The notes under the pieces were generated by a model. That model saw nothing but the letters and a program-made list of their open reading frames with translations. It ran no database searches and had not been told where the DNA came from. Below are positions 47,401 through 57,547 of a DNA stretch of 64,000 nt, in pieces (position 1 is the stretch's first letter; each line of letters begins with the position of its first letter). A program made the position numbers and the translations under genes. Source of the DNA: Pseudomonadota bacterium. Lineage in GTDB: Bacteria; Pseudomonadota; Gammaproteobacteria; Burkholderiales; Eutrophovitaceae. Location: assembly GCA_027624715.1 (NCBI GenBank), contig JAQBTV010000002.1, positions 122,636 to 186,635 of the forward strand. The letters run 5' to 3'.

Positions 47401-50020
47401 AAATAATTTAAAAAATATTAGTTTGGATATTCCTCACGAAAAATTGACAGTGATCACCGGTCTGAGCGGTAGCGGGAAATCTTCTTTAGCGTTTGACATT
47501 ATTTACGGTGAGGGTCAGAGGCGATATCTCGAGTCTTTAAATGCCTATGCCAGACAATTTATCCAAGTAGGCAAAAAGCCCGATGTCGACGCGGTGTATG
47601 GCATTCCTCCAGCAGTGGCCATTGAACAACGTGCTAGTCGAGGTGGGATCAAAAGTACCGTGGGAACGGTAACAGAGACATACCATTATTTGCGTCTATT
47701 GATGTCCAAGATTGGTGATCAATTTTGTCCTGATTGCCAGGTAAAAATCGAGCCGCAAACACTGACTGCAATTGTAGATTGCGTTTTGCAAGATTATTCT
47801 GGCCGCCATATTGGTTTCTTATCCCCTTTGGTTCGAGCAAGAAAGGGTGTATACAAAGATTTGGCTGAGACTTATCGAAAGAAAGGTTTCACTCATCTAT
47901 TAGTCGATAACGTGTTTCTTGCGACAGATGATTTTCCAGCCTTAGATCGATATGTAGAACATATTATTGAGCTTCCAGTCGCTAGTATTAATGTGTCTGA
48001 AACTCTACGTCTTGAGTTGGTGGATATTATCGAGTCTGCCTTGCATTACGGAGATGGATTTTTTTATATTATCGCTGATATTGACACCTTGCTCACAGGG
48101 GGCACTTTTGAACAGCGGAGTTTTTCCAGTAAGCGCGCCTGTCCTTCTTGTCAAAAATCCTTCGATGAGCTTGATCCGCGTCTATTTTCCTTCAATTCAA
48201 AGTATGGATGGTGTGAGTCGTGTCAGGGAACAGGTCAGTTACAAGATGTAAAGATAAGTATTGTCAGATATCTTAAGGATGAAATTGAGGTGGAAGCTGA
48301 GCGAGCTAAGTATATGCACGACCCGGGGGGCGTGGTCTGTGAATCCTGTCACGGGTATCGCTTGAATGGACAAGCGATGAGTGTTTTTTGGAATGACCTT
48401 TCTATCTCTGATTTAGTTTCTAGTCCTGTCGGTTCGCTGTATCGGATACTTTTAGGCATCGCGCTTACCGCACGTGAACAATTGATTGCCAAGGATTTGC
48501 TTGACGAAGTATTGTCTCGATTAAAATTCATGATTGAGGTCGGTTTGTCTTATCTCACTTTAAATCGATCCGTTCCAACGCTCAGTGGTGGAGAGGCTCA
48601 GAGAATGCGCTTGTCAGCCCAGTTAGGCTCAAATTTAAGAGGTGCTGTCTATGTCCTAGATGAACCAACGATTGGTCTTCACCCGAGAGATAATGAAGTC
48701 TTACTACAGACATTAAAAAGTCTGCAAAACAAGGGCAATACGCTCGTCGTTGTTGAGCACGATGAAGATACGATTATTCAGGCAGATTTTGTGGTTGATT
48801 TGGGGCCTGGAGCCGGAAGCGAGGGCGGCCACATTATTGCTTCGGGTTCGCCTCGGCAGATAATGCTTAATGCTTCTTCAATCACAGGTCAGTATTTAAA
48901 ATTCCCCAAGCATTACGCCCCTTCGCGGCGAAGAAGTGTTGATCAATCTTCAGATTTTTTATGTGTGAAATCAGCAGTTCGTAACAATCTGAAAGATGTT
49001 GATGTGCGGATACCGATAGGTTGTTTGACAGTTGTAACGGGAGTTTCTGGAAGTGGTAAATCCAGTCTGATTAGAGGGGTACTGCGTGAGAATATGGATA
49101 GACTGATTTCAGAGAGCGTATCTCCGAATCGTAATGCAGATTTTACTGATTGTTTACGCATCACTGGGTTTGAGCGTGTTTCTAAAGTCATAGAAGTAGA
49201 TCAGAATCCGATCGGAAAAACATCAAGGTCATGCCCCGCAACTTATACCGGGGTTTGGGATGATGTTAGAACGCTTTTTGCATCCACGACCGAAGCCCGT
49301 ATCCGAGGTTATGGTGCCCCCCGTTTTTCGTTTAATACAAAGGGTGGACGATGTGAAGGTTGCGAAGGTCAAGGAATGCAAAAAATCGAGATGAACTTTC
49401 TACCTGATGTGCGATCCGTTTGTGAGGTCTGTGGTGGTGATCGATTTAGTAAAGATACATTACAGATTAGGTATAACAATCATTCGATAGCTGATGTTTT
49501 AAATCTCAGCATCAAAGATGCGCTGGAGCTTTTCAGTGCTCATCCTCGTATTAAGAAAAAACTTAAATTACTTAATGAACTTGGTTTGGGGTACTTAACA
49601 CTGGGTCAGCATAGTAGTACTTTGTCTGGGGGGGAAGCGCAAAGAATTAAACTTGTTTCGGAGCTCTCTAAATTTAGTGCTGATGCAGAGGGCCTATTGG
49701 CTAGGAAGAGCCATAAAACAACGCTCTTTGTTCTTGATGAACCCACTGTTGGGTTACATATGGCCGATGTTGAAAAATTAATTGAGACACTGATGCGTTT
49801 AGTAGACGTCGGTGGTACGGTTGTAGTCATTGAACACAATCTTGATCTAATCACCAGTGCAGATTGGGTTGTTGACTTAGGCCCGGAAGGAGGAGACAGT
49901 GGTGGATATATTATGTTTGAGGGTCAGGCCGTAGATCTGTCCCAAAAAGATCATTCGGCTACAGGTCTTGCGTTAAAAAAGTTATATGAAAAATTAAGGG
50001 ATGCTAAGTCTTCATCTTAG
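44441..50020 (+). CDS. uvrA: Double-length excinuclease ABC subunit A (two fused UvrA units, four ABC ATPase domains)
   Basis: Four G[VL]SGSGKS Walker A motifs, four LSGGE signatures, four LDEP Walker B motifs, multiple CxxC zinc fingers; 1859 aa. Confidence 0.93.
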   Translation: MGKHIKIRGATQNNLKNLDLDLPLGEVIAVTGVSGSGKSSLVFDTLYAEGQRRYVETFSSYARQFLDRMDRPLVASIEGIPPAIAIHQVNSVKTSRSTVGTMTELADYLKLLFAKYASLYCRSCAQPVVIDDVEKIVAVLRHKGWSRIVVSAPVVVPNNFTNEEIYGYLKVQGYDRFIELMGQSHIVIDRFDMNRVEDARMSEGLEAAFRIGQGKCSVTLHLKGETAGAPLNFSNRFHCASCDIDYSPPSPGLFSFNSPVGACSTCHGFGRVIGVDMDSVVVDPNLSLAEGVIRPWRTDSYSECQDDLMEYAQRRGVPLNVPWREMSDKDKQWVLEGEPEWVSWRKSWPKYWYGIRHFFGWLETKAYKMHIRVLLARYRSYSLCPDCHGSRLKSNALLWRIGSAESSVNSFRHPGLHWTLAQLDSIKGLSIHQLNTLPIRDLKRFVNAEKDSWQKGSKDDSNQLVLDQITSRLEFLEEVGLGYLALDRQSRTLSGGETQRLNLATALGASLTQTLFLLDEPSIGLHHRDVERIINVIQRLRNNGNTIVVVEHDPQIIRAAGFLLDIGPGAGEGGGHIEFFGRSRDLATSSGLTAQYLLGKRSISDSVEGRPVKPLQTQWLSVLGACRNNLKHIDVSIPLGHLVSITGVSGSGKSTLVEDTIFREMTRNLTGMGISNDGLRGFSNLHLIDRVIMLDQRPIGKSSRSNPLSYVGALDPIRDIFAASPGARQGKYDKSYFSFNAGKGRCQTCLGSGFELVEMQFLSDVYLRCNACDGKRYGSDILKIHVDLPHVGMANIDDVLNLTIFEAIKTFKEVPKVFRKLQPLIDVGLGYLRLGQPVPTLSGGEAQRLKLATYISEVSSQPVAQTLFLLDEPTTGLHFHDIQKLLLALRTLVNLGASVVMVEHNLDLIAASDWVIDLGPEGGDAGGQIVSVGSPKDLCADPASLTGRELARVDSRVSYEQMDRQITLDAQARDSFPSSISIRNARENNLKNISLDIPHEKLTVITGLSGSGKSSLAFDIIYGEGQRRYLESLNAYARQFIQVGKKPDVDAVYGIPPAVAIEQRASRGGIKSTVGTVTETYHYLRLLMSKIGDQFCPDCQVKIEPQTLTAIVDCVLQDYSGRHIGFLSPLVRARKGVYKDLAETYRKKGFTHLLVDNVFLATDDFPALDRYVEHIIELPVASINVSETLRLELVDIIESALHYGDGFFYIIADIDTLLTGGTFEQRSFSSKRACPSCQKSFDELDPRLFSFNSKYGWCESCQGTGQLQDVKISIVRYLKDEIEVEAERAKYMHDPGGVVCESCHGYRLNGQAMSVFWNDLSISDLVSSPVGSLYRILLGIALTAREQLIAKDLLDEVLSRLKFMIEVGLSYLTLNRSVPTLSGGEAQRMRLSAQLGSNLRGAVYVLDEPTIGLHPRDNEVLLQTLKSLQNKGNTLVVVEHDEDTIIQADFVVDLGPGAGSEGGHIIASGSPRQIMLNASSITGQYLKFPKHYAPSRRRSVDQSSDFLCVKSAVRNNLKDVDVRIPIGCLTVVTGVSGSGKSSLIRGVLRENMDRLISESVSPNRNADFTDCLRITGFERVSKVIEVDQNPIGKTSRSCPATYTGVWDDVRTLFASTTEARIRGYGAPRFSFNTKGGRCEGCEGQGMQKIEMNFLPDVRSVCEVCGGDRFSKDTLQIRYNNHSIADVLNLSIKDALELFSAHPRIKKKLKLLNELGLGYLTLGQHSSTLSGGEAQRIKLVSELSKFSADAEGLLARKSHKTTLFVLDEPTVGLHMADVEKLIETLMRLVDVGGTVVVIEHNLDLITSADWVVDLGPEGGDSGGYIMFEGQAVDLSQKDHSATGLALKKLYEKLRDAKSSS

Positions 50021-50130
50021 GTCGATTCGCGCGCTGAATGGTTTTCGATCGAATTACTAGACATAAAAAATTGAATATACTGTTCTTAATCTTAGGAAAA
50101 AAGTTCTAAATAATTTGGGGGAACACGATT

Positions 50131-50730
50131 GTGATGAAGTTTATCAGTAGAATTTTTTTGACTGGTCTGTTTACTGTGTTACCAGTGCTAGCGACTATTT
50201 ATTTATTAGTTTGGCTTTTTACGACGGCCGAGTCGTTCATGGGCTACCCCTTACAAATGATTTTGCCTGATGGGATCTACGTCGTGGGTATGGGACTGGT
50301 TGCAGGATGCCTTGGAGTGTTTCTCATCGGTATTTTAATGCGAGCATATTTTATTCGATTCATCTTCGATTTAACTGAGCGATTTTTCTTAAAAGTACCT
50401 CTCATCAAAACGATTTACAGTGCTTTGAGGGAGTTTTTTGGATTATTCACTGGGGATGACAAAGGAGAGAACTTTCAGGTCGTAATGGTTGATATGCCCA
50501 ATCTCGATGTGAGGTTATTAGGTTTTTTAACTCGAGAAGAGTTCTCAGATTTGCCTTTTGATATGGTTCCTAAAGGCTGCGTTGCTGTCTACCTTCCAAT
50601 GAGTTACCAGATCGGTGGCTATACTATTTTTGTACCGCGCTCAAGACTCACTCCTGTTGATATGCCGCGTGAGCAAGCTATGCGGCTTATCATTACAGCA
50701 GGTATACAGCAGTCTAAAAAGAATGATTGA
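50131..50730 (+). CDS. DUF502 membrane protein
   Basis: FLTGL...LPVLAT, VPLIKTIY, AVYLPMSYQIGG. Confidence 0.85.
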   Translation: MMKFISRIFLTGLFTVLPVLATIYLLVWLFTTAESFMGYPLQMILPDGIYVVGMGLVAGCLGVFLIGILMRAYFIRFIFDLTERFFLKVPLIKTIYSALREFFGLFTGDDKGENFQVVMVDMPNLDVRLLGFLTREEFSDLPFDMVPKGCVAVYLPMSYQIGGYTIFVPRSRLTPVDMPREQAMRLIITAGIQQSKKND

Positions 50731-50741
50731 TGTATGATGCC

Positions 50742-50771
50742 AAAAAAAGGCTCTTAAGAAGAGCCCTTTTT
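50742..50771. terminator. Bidirectional rho-independent terminator
   Basis: A7-GGCTCTT-AAG-AAGAGCC-C-T5 between convergent DUF502 and hppA. Confidence 0.85.
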
Positions 50772-50787
50772 CGTTGTTATCTTTGTC

Positions 50788-52818
50788 TTATAAAAGTGGG
50801 ATCAGTAAAAGAGCCACAATATTAATGATTTTGATTAGAGGGTTCACCGCTGGGCCTGCCGTGTCTTTATAAGGATCACCAACAGTATCTCCGGTTATTG
50901 ATGCTTTGTGAGCATTAGAACCCTTTCCACCGAAATGACCATCTTCGATGTATTTTTTAGCATTGTCCCAAGCGCCACCACCAGTGGTCATTGAAATTGC
51001 TATAAAGATACCCGTAATAATAGTCCCGATGAGTAATCCACCCAGCGCTTTAATTCCTTCACCTGGGCCCATTAACCAATTCATGCCGAATGCGACAACG
51101 ATTGGTGCCAAGACCGGTAGCAAAGATGGGATCATCATTTCTTTGATGGCAGAGCGTGTAAGTAAATCCACAGCCGCAGAGTAATCTGGTTTTCCTGTGC
51201 CATCCATAATGCCTGCAATTTCTCGGAACTGACGTCTCACTTCGTTTACGACAGATCCGGCAGCACGGCCTACAGCTTCCATGGCCATTGCACTAAAGAG
51301 GTAAGGGATCATACCTCCAAGGAACAAACCGATAATGACTGCAGGATCTGATAGCGAGAACTCAACGAGTTTGCCCGCGGCTTCTAGTTTGTGTGTGTAG
51401 TCTGCAAAAAGTACTAAGGCAGCTAAACCAGCAGAGCCGATCGCATATCCCTTAGTTACTGCTTTAGTCGTATTACCTACAGCGTCTAGAGGATCAGTAA
51501 TATCGCGTATTTTCGATGGTAGTTCTGCCATTTCCGCAATACCACCAGCGTTATCGGTGATCGGACCATATGCATCAAGCGCTACGATCATGCCAGTCAT
51601 TGAGAGCATCGCGGTCGCAGCTATTGCGATCCCATAGATACCCGCTAATGAGTAAGATGCCCATATCGCTATGCATACTGCCAATACAGGAAGTGCAGTA
51701 GATTTCATCGATACTCCGAGGCCTGCGATGATGTTGGTCGCGTCACCAGTTTGCGATGCAGCTGCGACGTGTTTAACTGGTGCATATTCCGTAGAGGTGT
51801 AGTACTCAGTGATGACAATCATTGCCCCTGTTAATGCTAGTCCTACCAGAGATGCGTAGAAAAGATTGATGGAGTCACTACCCATCATCCATTCTGTGAT
51901 GAAATAAAAGGCAATGGCAGCAATTACTCCAGAGACGATCACGCCTTTATAGAGAGCTCCCATAATACTGCCACCTTCTGAGGTTTTTACGAAGAAGGTG
52001 CCAATGATAGAGGTAATAATTGAAGCGCCACCAAGTACAAGCGGATATGTGATTGCAGCTTCACCCATATCAGCCATCATTAGTCCACCCAAAAGCATGG
52101 TCGCCACAATAGTGACGGCATAGGTCTCGAATAGGTCAGCAGCCATACCAGCACAATCGCCAACATTATCGCCAACATTGTCAGCAATAACAGCTGGGTT
52201 TCTTGGGTCATCTTCTGGGATGCCTGCCTCAACTTTTCCAACTAAGTCAGCTCCGACGTCAGCGCCTTTTGTAAAGATTCCACCGCCGAGTCGGGCGAAA
52301 ATAGAAATGAGTGATCCACCAAAAGCAAGTCCGATAAGGGCATGTAAGGCTTCATCGGTATCACCCGTTAGATGCGAGATAACACCAAAATAACCGGCTA
52401 CTCCAAGTAGCCCAAGACCAACGACCAGCATTCCTGTAATAGCACCACCTCTAAATGCGACGTTCAGTGCGGCGTTAATACCATGATTAGCCGCTTCTGC
52501 TGTTCGCACGTTCGCACGCACCGAAATGTACATGCCGATATAGCCTGCAGTTCCAGAAAGAACGGCACCAACAACAAACCCGATTGCCGTATACCAATCT
52601 AGTCCAAAGCCAAGCGCGATAAATAGGACTGCTCCGACAATCGAAATGGTGTAGTACTGTCTATTTAGATAGGCCTGCGCGCCTTGCTGAATGGCGGCCG
52701 CAATATCTTGCATGCGGCTATTGCCGGCTGGTTGTCGAAGAATCCATTGGATAGAAACCGCTCCGTAAATTAAGGCTACGATCGAACAAACTAAGGCAAT
52801 CATTAGACCTGAAGACAT
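50788..52818 (-). CDS. hppA: Membrane H+-translocating pyrophosphatase, K+-independent type
   Basis: [36 protein letters not shown] (Lys marks the K+-independent type), [10 protein letters not shown]; start set at ATG 52818. Confidence 0.95.
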   Translation of the reverse strand: MSSGLMIALVCSIVALIYGAVSIQWILRQPAGNSRMQDIAAAIQQGAQAYLNRQYYTISIVGAVLFIALGFGLDWYTAIGFVVGAVLSGTAGYIGMYISVRANVRTAEAANHGINAALNVAFRGGAITGMLVVGLGLLGVAGYFGVISHLTGDTDEALHALIGLAFGGSLISIFARLGGGIFTKGADVGADLVGKVEAGIPEDDPRNPAVIADNVGDNVGDCAGMAADLFETYAVTIVATMLLGGLMMADMGEAAITYPLVLGGASIITSIIGTFFVKTSEGGSIMGALYKGVIVSGVIAAIAFYFITEWMMGSDSINLFYASLVGLALTGAMIVITEYYTSTEYAPVKHVAAASQTGDATNIIAGLGVSMKSTALPVLAVCIAIWASYSLAGIYGIAIAATAMLSMTGMIVALDAYGPITDNAGGIAEMAELPSKIRDITDPLDAVGNTTKAVTKGYAIGSAGLAALVLFADYTHKLEAAGKLVEFSLSDPAVIIGLFLGGMIPYLFSAMAMEAVGRAAGSVVNEVRRQFREIAGIMDGTGKPDYSAAVDLLTRSAIKEMMIPSLLPVLAPIVVAFGMNWLMGPGEGIKALGGLLIGTIITGIFIAISMTTGGGAWDNAKKYIEDGHFGGKGSNAHKASITGDTVGDPYKDTAGPAVNPLIKIINIVALLLIPLL

Positions 52819-52990
52819 CAATGTCCCCCCTTGTTTCATGTAGTTAGCTGGCCGATAAGGGTCGGCCAAATACCCTAAACTTATTAGAAAATTGATCAAA
52901 AAACTAGCTGGATTGCTTCCTTTTTAAACTTTTGTGCCGCGGAATTTTACCTCAAAATGGCGATCAGCTTCAGCTATTCATTGAAAATAG

Positions 52991-54256
52991 CTAAATTTTG
53001 AAGTCATCTGCCACTTTTTTTGGAACAGATTTATTCTTGAGCACGACGTATTTTGGTAGGCCATTTTTATATGGTGGATAGGCCTCACCTTCAATTAACG
53101 GTTGAAGATAGCGTTCGCAACTGGGGGTAATGCCAAATCCATCACTGCTGATGAATTTTTTCGGCATTTTTTTTTCTACATTAGCTACTTTTGCTAGTGG
53201 AGTGCTGCTGACTTTCCAGCGATATGGGTTATCCGATAGTCTTTCGATGGTTGGCATCACGGCATTGTGGCCTTTGAGCGCGAGTTTGACTGCCGATTCG
53301 CCTAAGGCATAAGCTTGGTCAACGTCTACTTTAGAAGCAATATGTCTTGCAGCCCTTTGCAAATAGTCCGCCACGCTCCAATGATATTTCAGACCAAGGT
53401 CTTCCTTAATGATATTTGCGATGACTGGTGCCACACCACCTAATTGAGCATGCCCAAAGGCATCGGTTAGCCCTTGATCCGACAGAAATTTTCCAGTAGA
53501 CCCTTTGACGCCCTCAGAGACAACAATTGAGCAGTAGCCGTATCTTTTAACCTTGTCATGTACTTTTTGTATGAATTTCTTACGGTTAAAAACAATCTCT
53601 GGAAATAGAATAACAATGGGAAGGGGAGTTTCGTTGGTGGATGCTAGGCCACCTGCTGCTGCGATCCAACCAGCGTGTCTGCCCATGACCTCAAGAATAA
53701 ATACTTTAGTTGATGTTTTAGCCATGGAGGCCACATCGAAGCTTGCCTCTCGTGTCGAAACGGCAATATATTTTGCTACCGACCCAAACCCTGGGCAACA
53801 ATCGGTAATGGGCAAATCATTATCTACCGTCTTAGGGATATGTATGGCTTGTATGGGAAATCCCAATGTTTTTGAGATCTGCGATACTTTGAGGCAGGTA
53901 TCTGCTGAATCTCCACCCCCGTTATAAAAAAAATAATCGATATTGTGAGCCTTGAAAACGGCTATCAAGCGTTCATATTCAGCTCTGTTTTGTTCGAGTG
54001 ACTTGAGTTTGTATCGGCAGGATCCAAACGCGCCTGCGGGTGTGTGCTTAAGCGCTGCTATTGCAGATGCTGATTCTTTCGATGTATCAATCAGGTCTTC
54101 AGTGAGTGCCCCAATGATGCCATTTCTGCCAGCAAAAACTTTTCCGATTTTATCTTTGTTTTTCCGGGCGGTTTCGATTACCCCGGCGGCTGAGGCATTA
54201 ATAACGGCTGTGACTCCGCCAGACTGAGCATAGAACGCATTAGATATTTTTTTCAT
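52991..54256 (-). CDS. pfp: Pyrophosphate-dependent 6-phosphofructokinase
   Basis: QSGG, NGGGDS (Asp at the donor-specificity site), PKTVDND (Lys), EVMGRHAGW. Confidence 0.88.
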   Translation of the reverse strand: MKKISNAFYAQSGGVTAVINASAAGVIETARKNKDKIGKVFAGRNGIIGALTEDLIDTSKESASAIAALKHTPAGAFGSCRYKLKSLEQNRAEYERLIAVFKAHNIDYFFYNGGGDSADTCLKVSQISKTLGFPIQAIHIPKTVDNDLPITDCCPGFGSVAKYIAVSTREASFDVASMAKTSTKVFILEVMGRHAGWIAAAGGLASTNETPLPIVILFPEIVFNRKKFIQKVHDKVKRYGYCSIVVSEGVKGSTGKFLSDQGLTDAFGHAQLGGVAPVIANIIKEDLGLKYHWSVADYLQRAARHIASKVDVDQAYALGESAVKLALKGHNAVMPTIERLSDNPYRWKVSSTPLAKVANVEKKMPKKFISSDGFGITPSCERYLQPLIEGEAYPPYKNGLPKYVVLKNKSVPKKVADDFKI

Positions 54257-54329
54257 TATATTACCTAGTCGATTGGATAAGTGCTCATCCTTTGTTGAGG
54301 ATTATCAGTCTTGTTTGAAGTGGTTCTTA

Positions 54330-54986
54330 TTACGCATCAAGAGCCTCGAATATTTTATCTCGTATCGATTCTAGGGAACCGATACCAGAAAATTTTTTGT
54401 ACAAGGGGACATGACCAGCTGCTTGTTTGGCGAGTTTAGAGTAGTGGCTAATTAGAAGCTCGGTTTGGTCATGGTAGACCTCCAAACGTTTCATTATGGT
54501 CTCCTCCTTGTCATCACCTCGCTGCACCAGAGGCTCTCCTGTGATGTCGTCAATTCCTTCTATTTTTGGAGTGTTGAAGAGCGCGTGATAGGTACGTCCA
54601 GAAGCTGGATGTACACGTCTCCCCGACAATCGTTTGATGATTTCTGCATCGTTGACGTCAATTTCTATGACGTGATCGATGTCAACTCCTGCTTCGCTGA
54701 GCGCATTCGCTTGAGGGATGGTTCTAGGAAAGCCGTCAAAGAGAAATCCATTAGAGCAATCGGGTCGGGTGATACGTTCTTTGACTAGTCCAATCATGAC
54801 GGCATCGGGTACTAATCCGCCTTCATCCATAAATTTTTTTGCTTCAAATCCAAGCCTCGTTCCATCTTTTACAGCAGCCCTTAACATATCACCAGTCGAT
54901 ATTTTCGGAATGTTGTACTTTTCCATGATGTATGTCGCCTGAGTGCCCTTACCAGCTCCTGGTGGGCCGAGTAGTATTAATTTCAC
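54330..54986 (-). CDS. adk: Adenylate kinase
   Basis: [35 protein letters not shown]. Confidence 0.97.
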   Translation of the reverse strand: MKLILLGPPGAGKGTQATYIMEKYNIPKISTGDMLRAAVKDGTRLGFEAKKFMDEGGLVPDAVMIGLVKERITRPDCSNGFLFDGFPRTIPQANALSEAGVDIDHVIEIDVNDAEIIKRLSGRRVHPASGRTYHALFNTPKIEGIDDITGEPLVQRGDDKEETIMKRLEVYHDQTELLISHYSKLAKQAAGHVPLYKKFSGIGSLESIRDKIFEALDA

Positions 54987-55087
54987 AATAAATCCTTATT
55001 AATTGGTTGGTTCTATCGCTTATTACCCAATCTGATTGAGGGACGTTTCTACTGAATCTTTGTGCTACAGCTATAAATGAAGAAAAA

Positions 55088-55849
55088 TTATAACTTGCTG
55101 AGAAGTTCTCGTGCTCTTTCCAGGTCATCAGGGGTGTCTATTCCAGGTGCTGGTGGAGATTTAGTGTGCATCACAGCCATTCGATGCCCCGCTTGCAGCA
55201 TCCTGAGCTGTTCTAGCTTTTCAAAAGTCTCAAGAGGGCTAAATGGCAAATCTGAATATTTGCTTAAGAATTTAGCTCGGTAACCGTAAATGCCGATATG
55301 ACCAAATCCTGAATAATCACGTGGAAGATTTTTTTGTTTATCGGCGAAAGTGTCTCTCGACCATGGGATCGGAGCTCGAGAAAAATAGAGAGCGTAGTTC
55401 TCATGGTTTAAAACGACTTTGACTAGATTGGGATTAAACAACTCTTCTCGATCCGAAATCGGGAAGCATGCAGTAGACGCTGATGCGTTTGGTGTGTCCC
55501 AAAGCGTTTGGGCAACGCTGTTAATTAAAGCGGGTGGAATAAAAGGCTCATCACCTTGCACATTAACAACTAACGTTTCTGGGGACCATTTTTGTCTTAA
55601 TACTACTTCAGAAATACGATCGGTACCGCTGGCGTGCGCTACGCTGGTCATCATGACGTGGCATCCGGACGTTTCTAAGGATTCAGCAATGCGTTGGTCG
55701 TCTGTCGCCACGATAATCTCTTCGGCTCCAGATTGTTTCGCTAAATCGACAACATGACTGATGATGGTTCGTCCTTTGATCGTGAACAATAGCTTACCTG
55801 GGAATCGTGAGGATTCATAACGGGCTGGGATGACGATTTTAAAATGCAT
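55088..55849 (-). CDS. kdsB: 3-deoxy-manno-octulosonate cytidylyltransferase
   Basis: IPARYESSRFPGK, SGTDR, VNVQGDEP, EKLEQLR. Confidence 0.96.
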   Translation of the reverse strand: MHFKIVIPARYESSRFPGKLLFTIKGRTIISHVVDLAKQSGAEEIIVATDDQRIAESLETSGCHVMMTSVAHASGTDRISEVVLRQKWSPETLVVNVQGDEPFIPPALINSVAQTLWDTPNASASTACFPISDREELFNPNLVKVVLNHENYALYFSRAPIPWSRDTFADKQKNLPRDYSGFGHIGIYGYRAKFLSKYSDLPFSPLETFEKLEQLRMLQAGHRMAVMHTKSPPAPGIDTPDDLERARELLSKL

Positions 55850-55873
55850 TACGCAATATGAGCTGATAGGGGG

Positions 55874-56044
55874 CTAATCGGTTTGAGTTTGCCGCGCTTC
55901 TTCTTCCAACATGATTGGAATACCATCTTTGATTGGAAATGCTAGTTTGCAAGGGTTGCAGACTAGTTCGGTACTGTTAGGCGACAGATTGAGTTTGCTT
56001 TTGCAAATAGGGCAAACTAATATATCAAGAAGTATTTTATCCAT
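55874..56044 (-). CDS. ycaR: Trm112-family protein (not in the ORF track, 56 aa)
   Basis: Manual translation MDKILLDILVCPICKSKL...LVCNPCKLAFPIKDGIPIMLEEEAR; canonical position between lpxK and kdsB. Confidence 0.93.
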   Translation of the reverse strand: MDKILLDILVCPICKSKLNLSPNSTELVCNPCKLAFPIKDGIPIMLEEEARQTQTD

Positions 56045-57017
56045 GGTATGTTTTAAGTTTTTTTAAGATGTTCGGGATTAGATCACCATTGAATTCGGCT
56101 TGCACCGGAAGAAACCAGCATTCCTTACCAAAGGTTATGGGGCATTTTACAGCATCTTTTTCAGTCATTAGAATCACATTTTGTTTGATCGCGGCAATGT
56201 CCGAGATTGTGTACTTGTGGTGGTCTGGGAAAGCATGGGTTTCTAATTTAAGACCTAATGATTCAAGATGTAGGAAAAAACTCTCTGGGTTCCCAATGCC
56301 GGCGATCGCTGCGACCTCGAGACCGAATAAGTCAATGGCACGGCATGTGCGATCAGGGTTGGAAAGGCTATGGAATAATTTACCAACAAGGGTCATATTG
56401 ACGGTTGGAATTGATAGGTTTAGTTTTTCTGGGCCGTTTACGACAGCGAGATCGCATCCGTGAATTCTTTTTTTAGATTCTCTTAATGGGCCCGAAGGTA
56501 GAAGGAAGCCATTTCCAAATTTACGGTTTCCATCGATTACTATAACTTCGATATCTCTCTTCAGAGCGTAATGTTGTAGCCCGTCGTCACTGATAATGAC
56601 ATTTACATTTGGGTATTTTGCGAGTAGGTGTTGCGCGTTCTTAGTTCGACTAGGCCCTACCCATAATGGGCAAAGAGTTTTCTTTAAAATGAGGATGGCT
56701 TCATCTCCAACCTGTAATGGAACGCTTTGTGCAATGACCTCGTGTTCTTGCCCGTCGCCTAGATAGCCTCTGCTGACGATTCCTGGAATATACCCAGACG
56801 TTTTAAGCGCGTTTGCAATAGCAATAACAGCTGGTGTTTTTCCTGTACCGCCAACCGTGATATTGCCAACCACGATAACAGGCACTTGTAGTTTTGTTGA
56901 CCTGAAGAACCCGCCACGAAACAGTTGTCTTCTTATATGGCTCACCAACCAGAAAACGAGGGTCGCTGGTAATAATATTAACGATAGCGCGTTGAAACTC
57001 TTCCATGAGCGAGGCAC
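56037..57017 (-). CDS. lpxK: Tetraacyldisaccharide 4'-kinase
   Basis: VGNITVGGTGKTP, SRGY, DDGLQH, LLPSGPLRE, FPDHH, MTEKDAVK. Confidence 0.96.
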   Translation of the reverse strand: MPRSWKSFNALSLILLPATLVFWLVSHIRRQLFRGGFFRSTKLQVPVIVVGNITVGGTGKTPAVIAIANALKTSGYIPGIVSRGYLGDGQEHEVIAQSVPLQVGDEAILILKKTLCPLWVGPSRTKNAQHLLAKYPNVNVIISDDGLQHYALKRDIEVIVIDGNRKFGNGFLLPSGPLRESKKRIHGCDLAVVNGPEKLNLSIPTVNMTLVGKLFHSLSNPDRTCRAIDLFGLEVAAIAGIGNPESFFLHLESLGLKLETHAFPDHHKYTISDIAAIKQNVILMTEKDAVKCPITFGKECWFLPVQAEFNGDLIPNILKKLKTYHG

Positions 57018-57125
57018 TGAAATTTATCCTTTTGAATAGTTTTTTAGGATTCACGCAAATTTAGCGTAATACAATTTTCACCCAAGCATAGATTGGTAGA
57101 ACCAATATGTATTGTTTGATCCTAA

Positions 57126-57539
57126 TTAGTTTTTTTGTGTCGTAAACGTAATGCGCCCATAGCCAGCAAGTCTTGCCGCTTCCATTGTATAAATTACTGA
57201 TTGGTGGGTGGCATTGGAGTCCGCGCTGATGATGATTACGGGGTCAGTATCCGGCCCAGCAATTTGTCGAAGTATGTCCGCGAAAAGAGCCGGACTTTCC
57301 ATGGGAACTTCTCGGCCATTGATGAAGTATTGTCCAGACTGCAAAATGGCAATCTCTAGTTTATCAATAGGCTGATCCACATTGTTTGCGTCAGCAACTG
57401 GTAGATTTATTTTTAGCTCCGAATATTGTGAATATGTTGTAGTCACGGCCAAGAAAATCACGATTACAATTAATACGTCGATAAAAGGTACCAAATTGAT
57501 ATCTGGTTCTTCACGAAAAGAGGTTCTTCGGAAATTCAT
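57126..57539 (-). CDS. exbD: ExbD/TolR family protein
   Basis: INLVPFIDVLIVIVIF, ISADSNATHQSV. Confidence 0.9.
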   Translation of the reverse strand: MNFRRTSFREEPDINLVPFIDVLIVIVIFLAVTTTYSQYSELKINLPVADANNVDQPIDKLEIAILQSGQYFINGREVPMESPALFADILRQIAGPDTDPVIIISADSNATHQSVIYTMEAARLAGYGRITFTTQKN

Positions 57540-57547
57540 CTTTGGTA

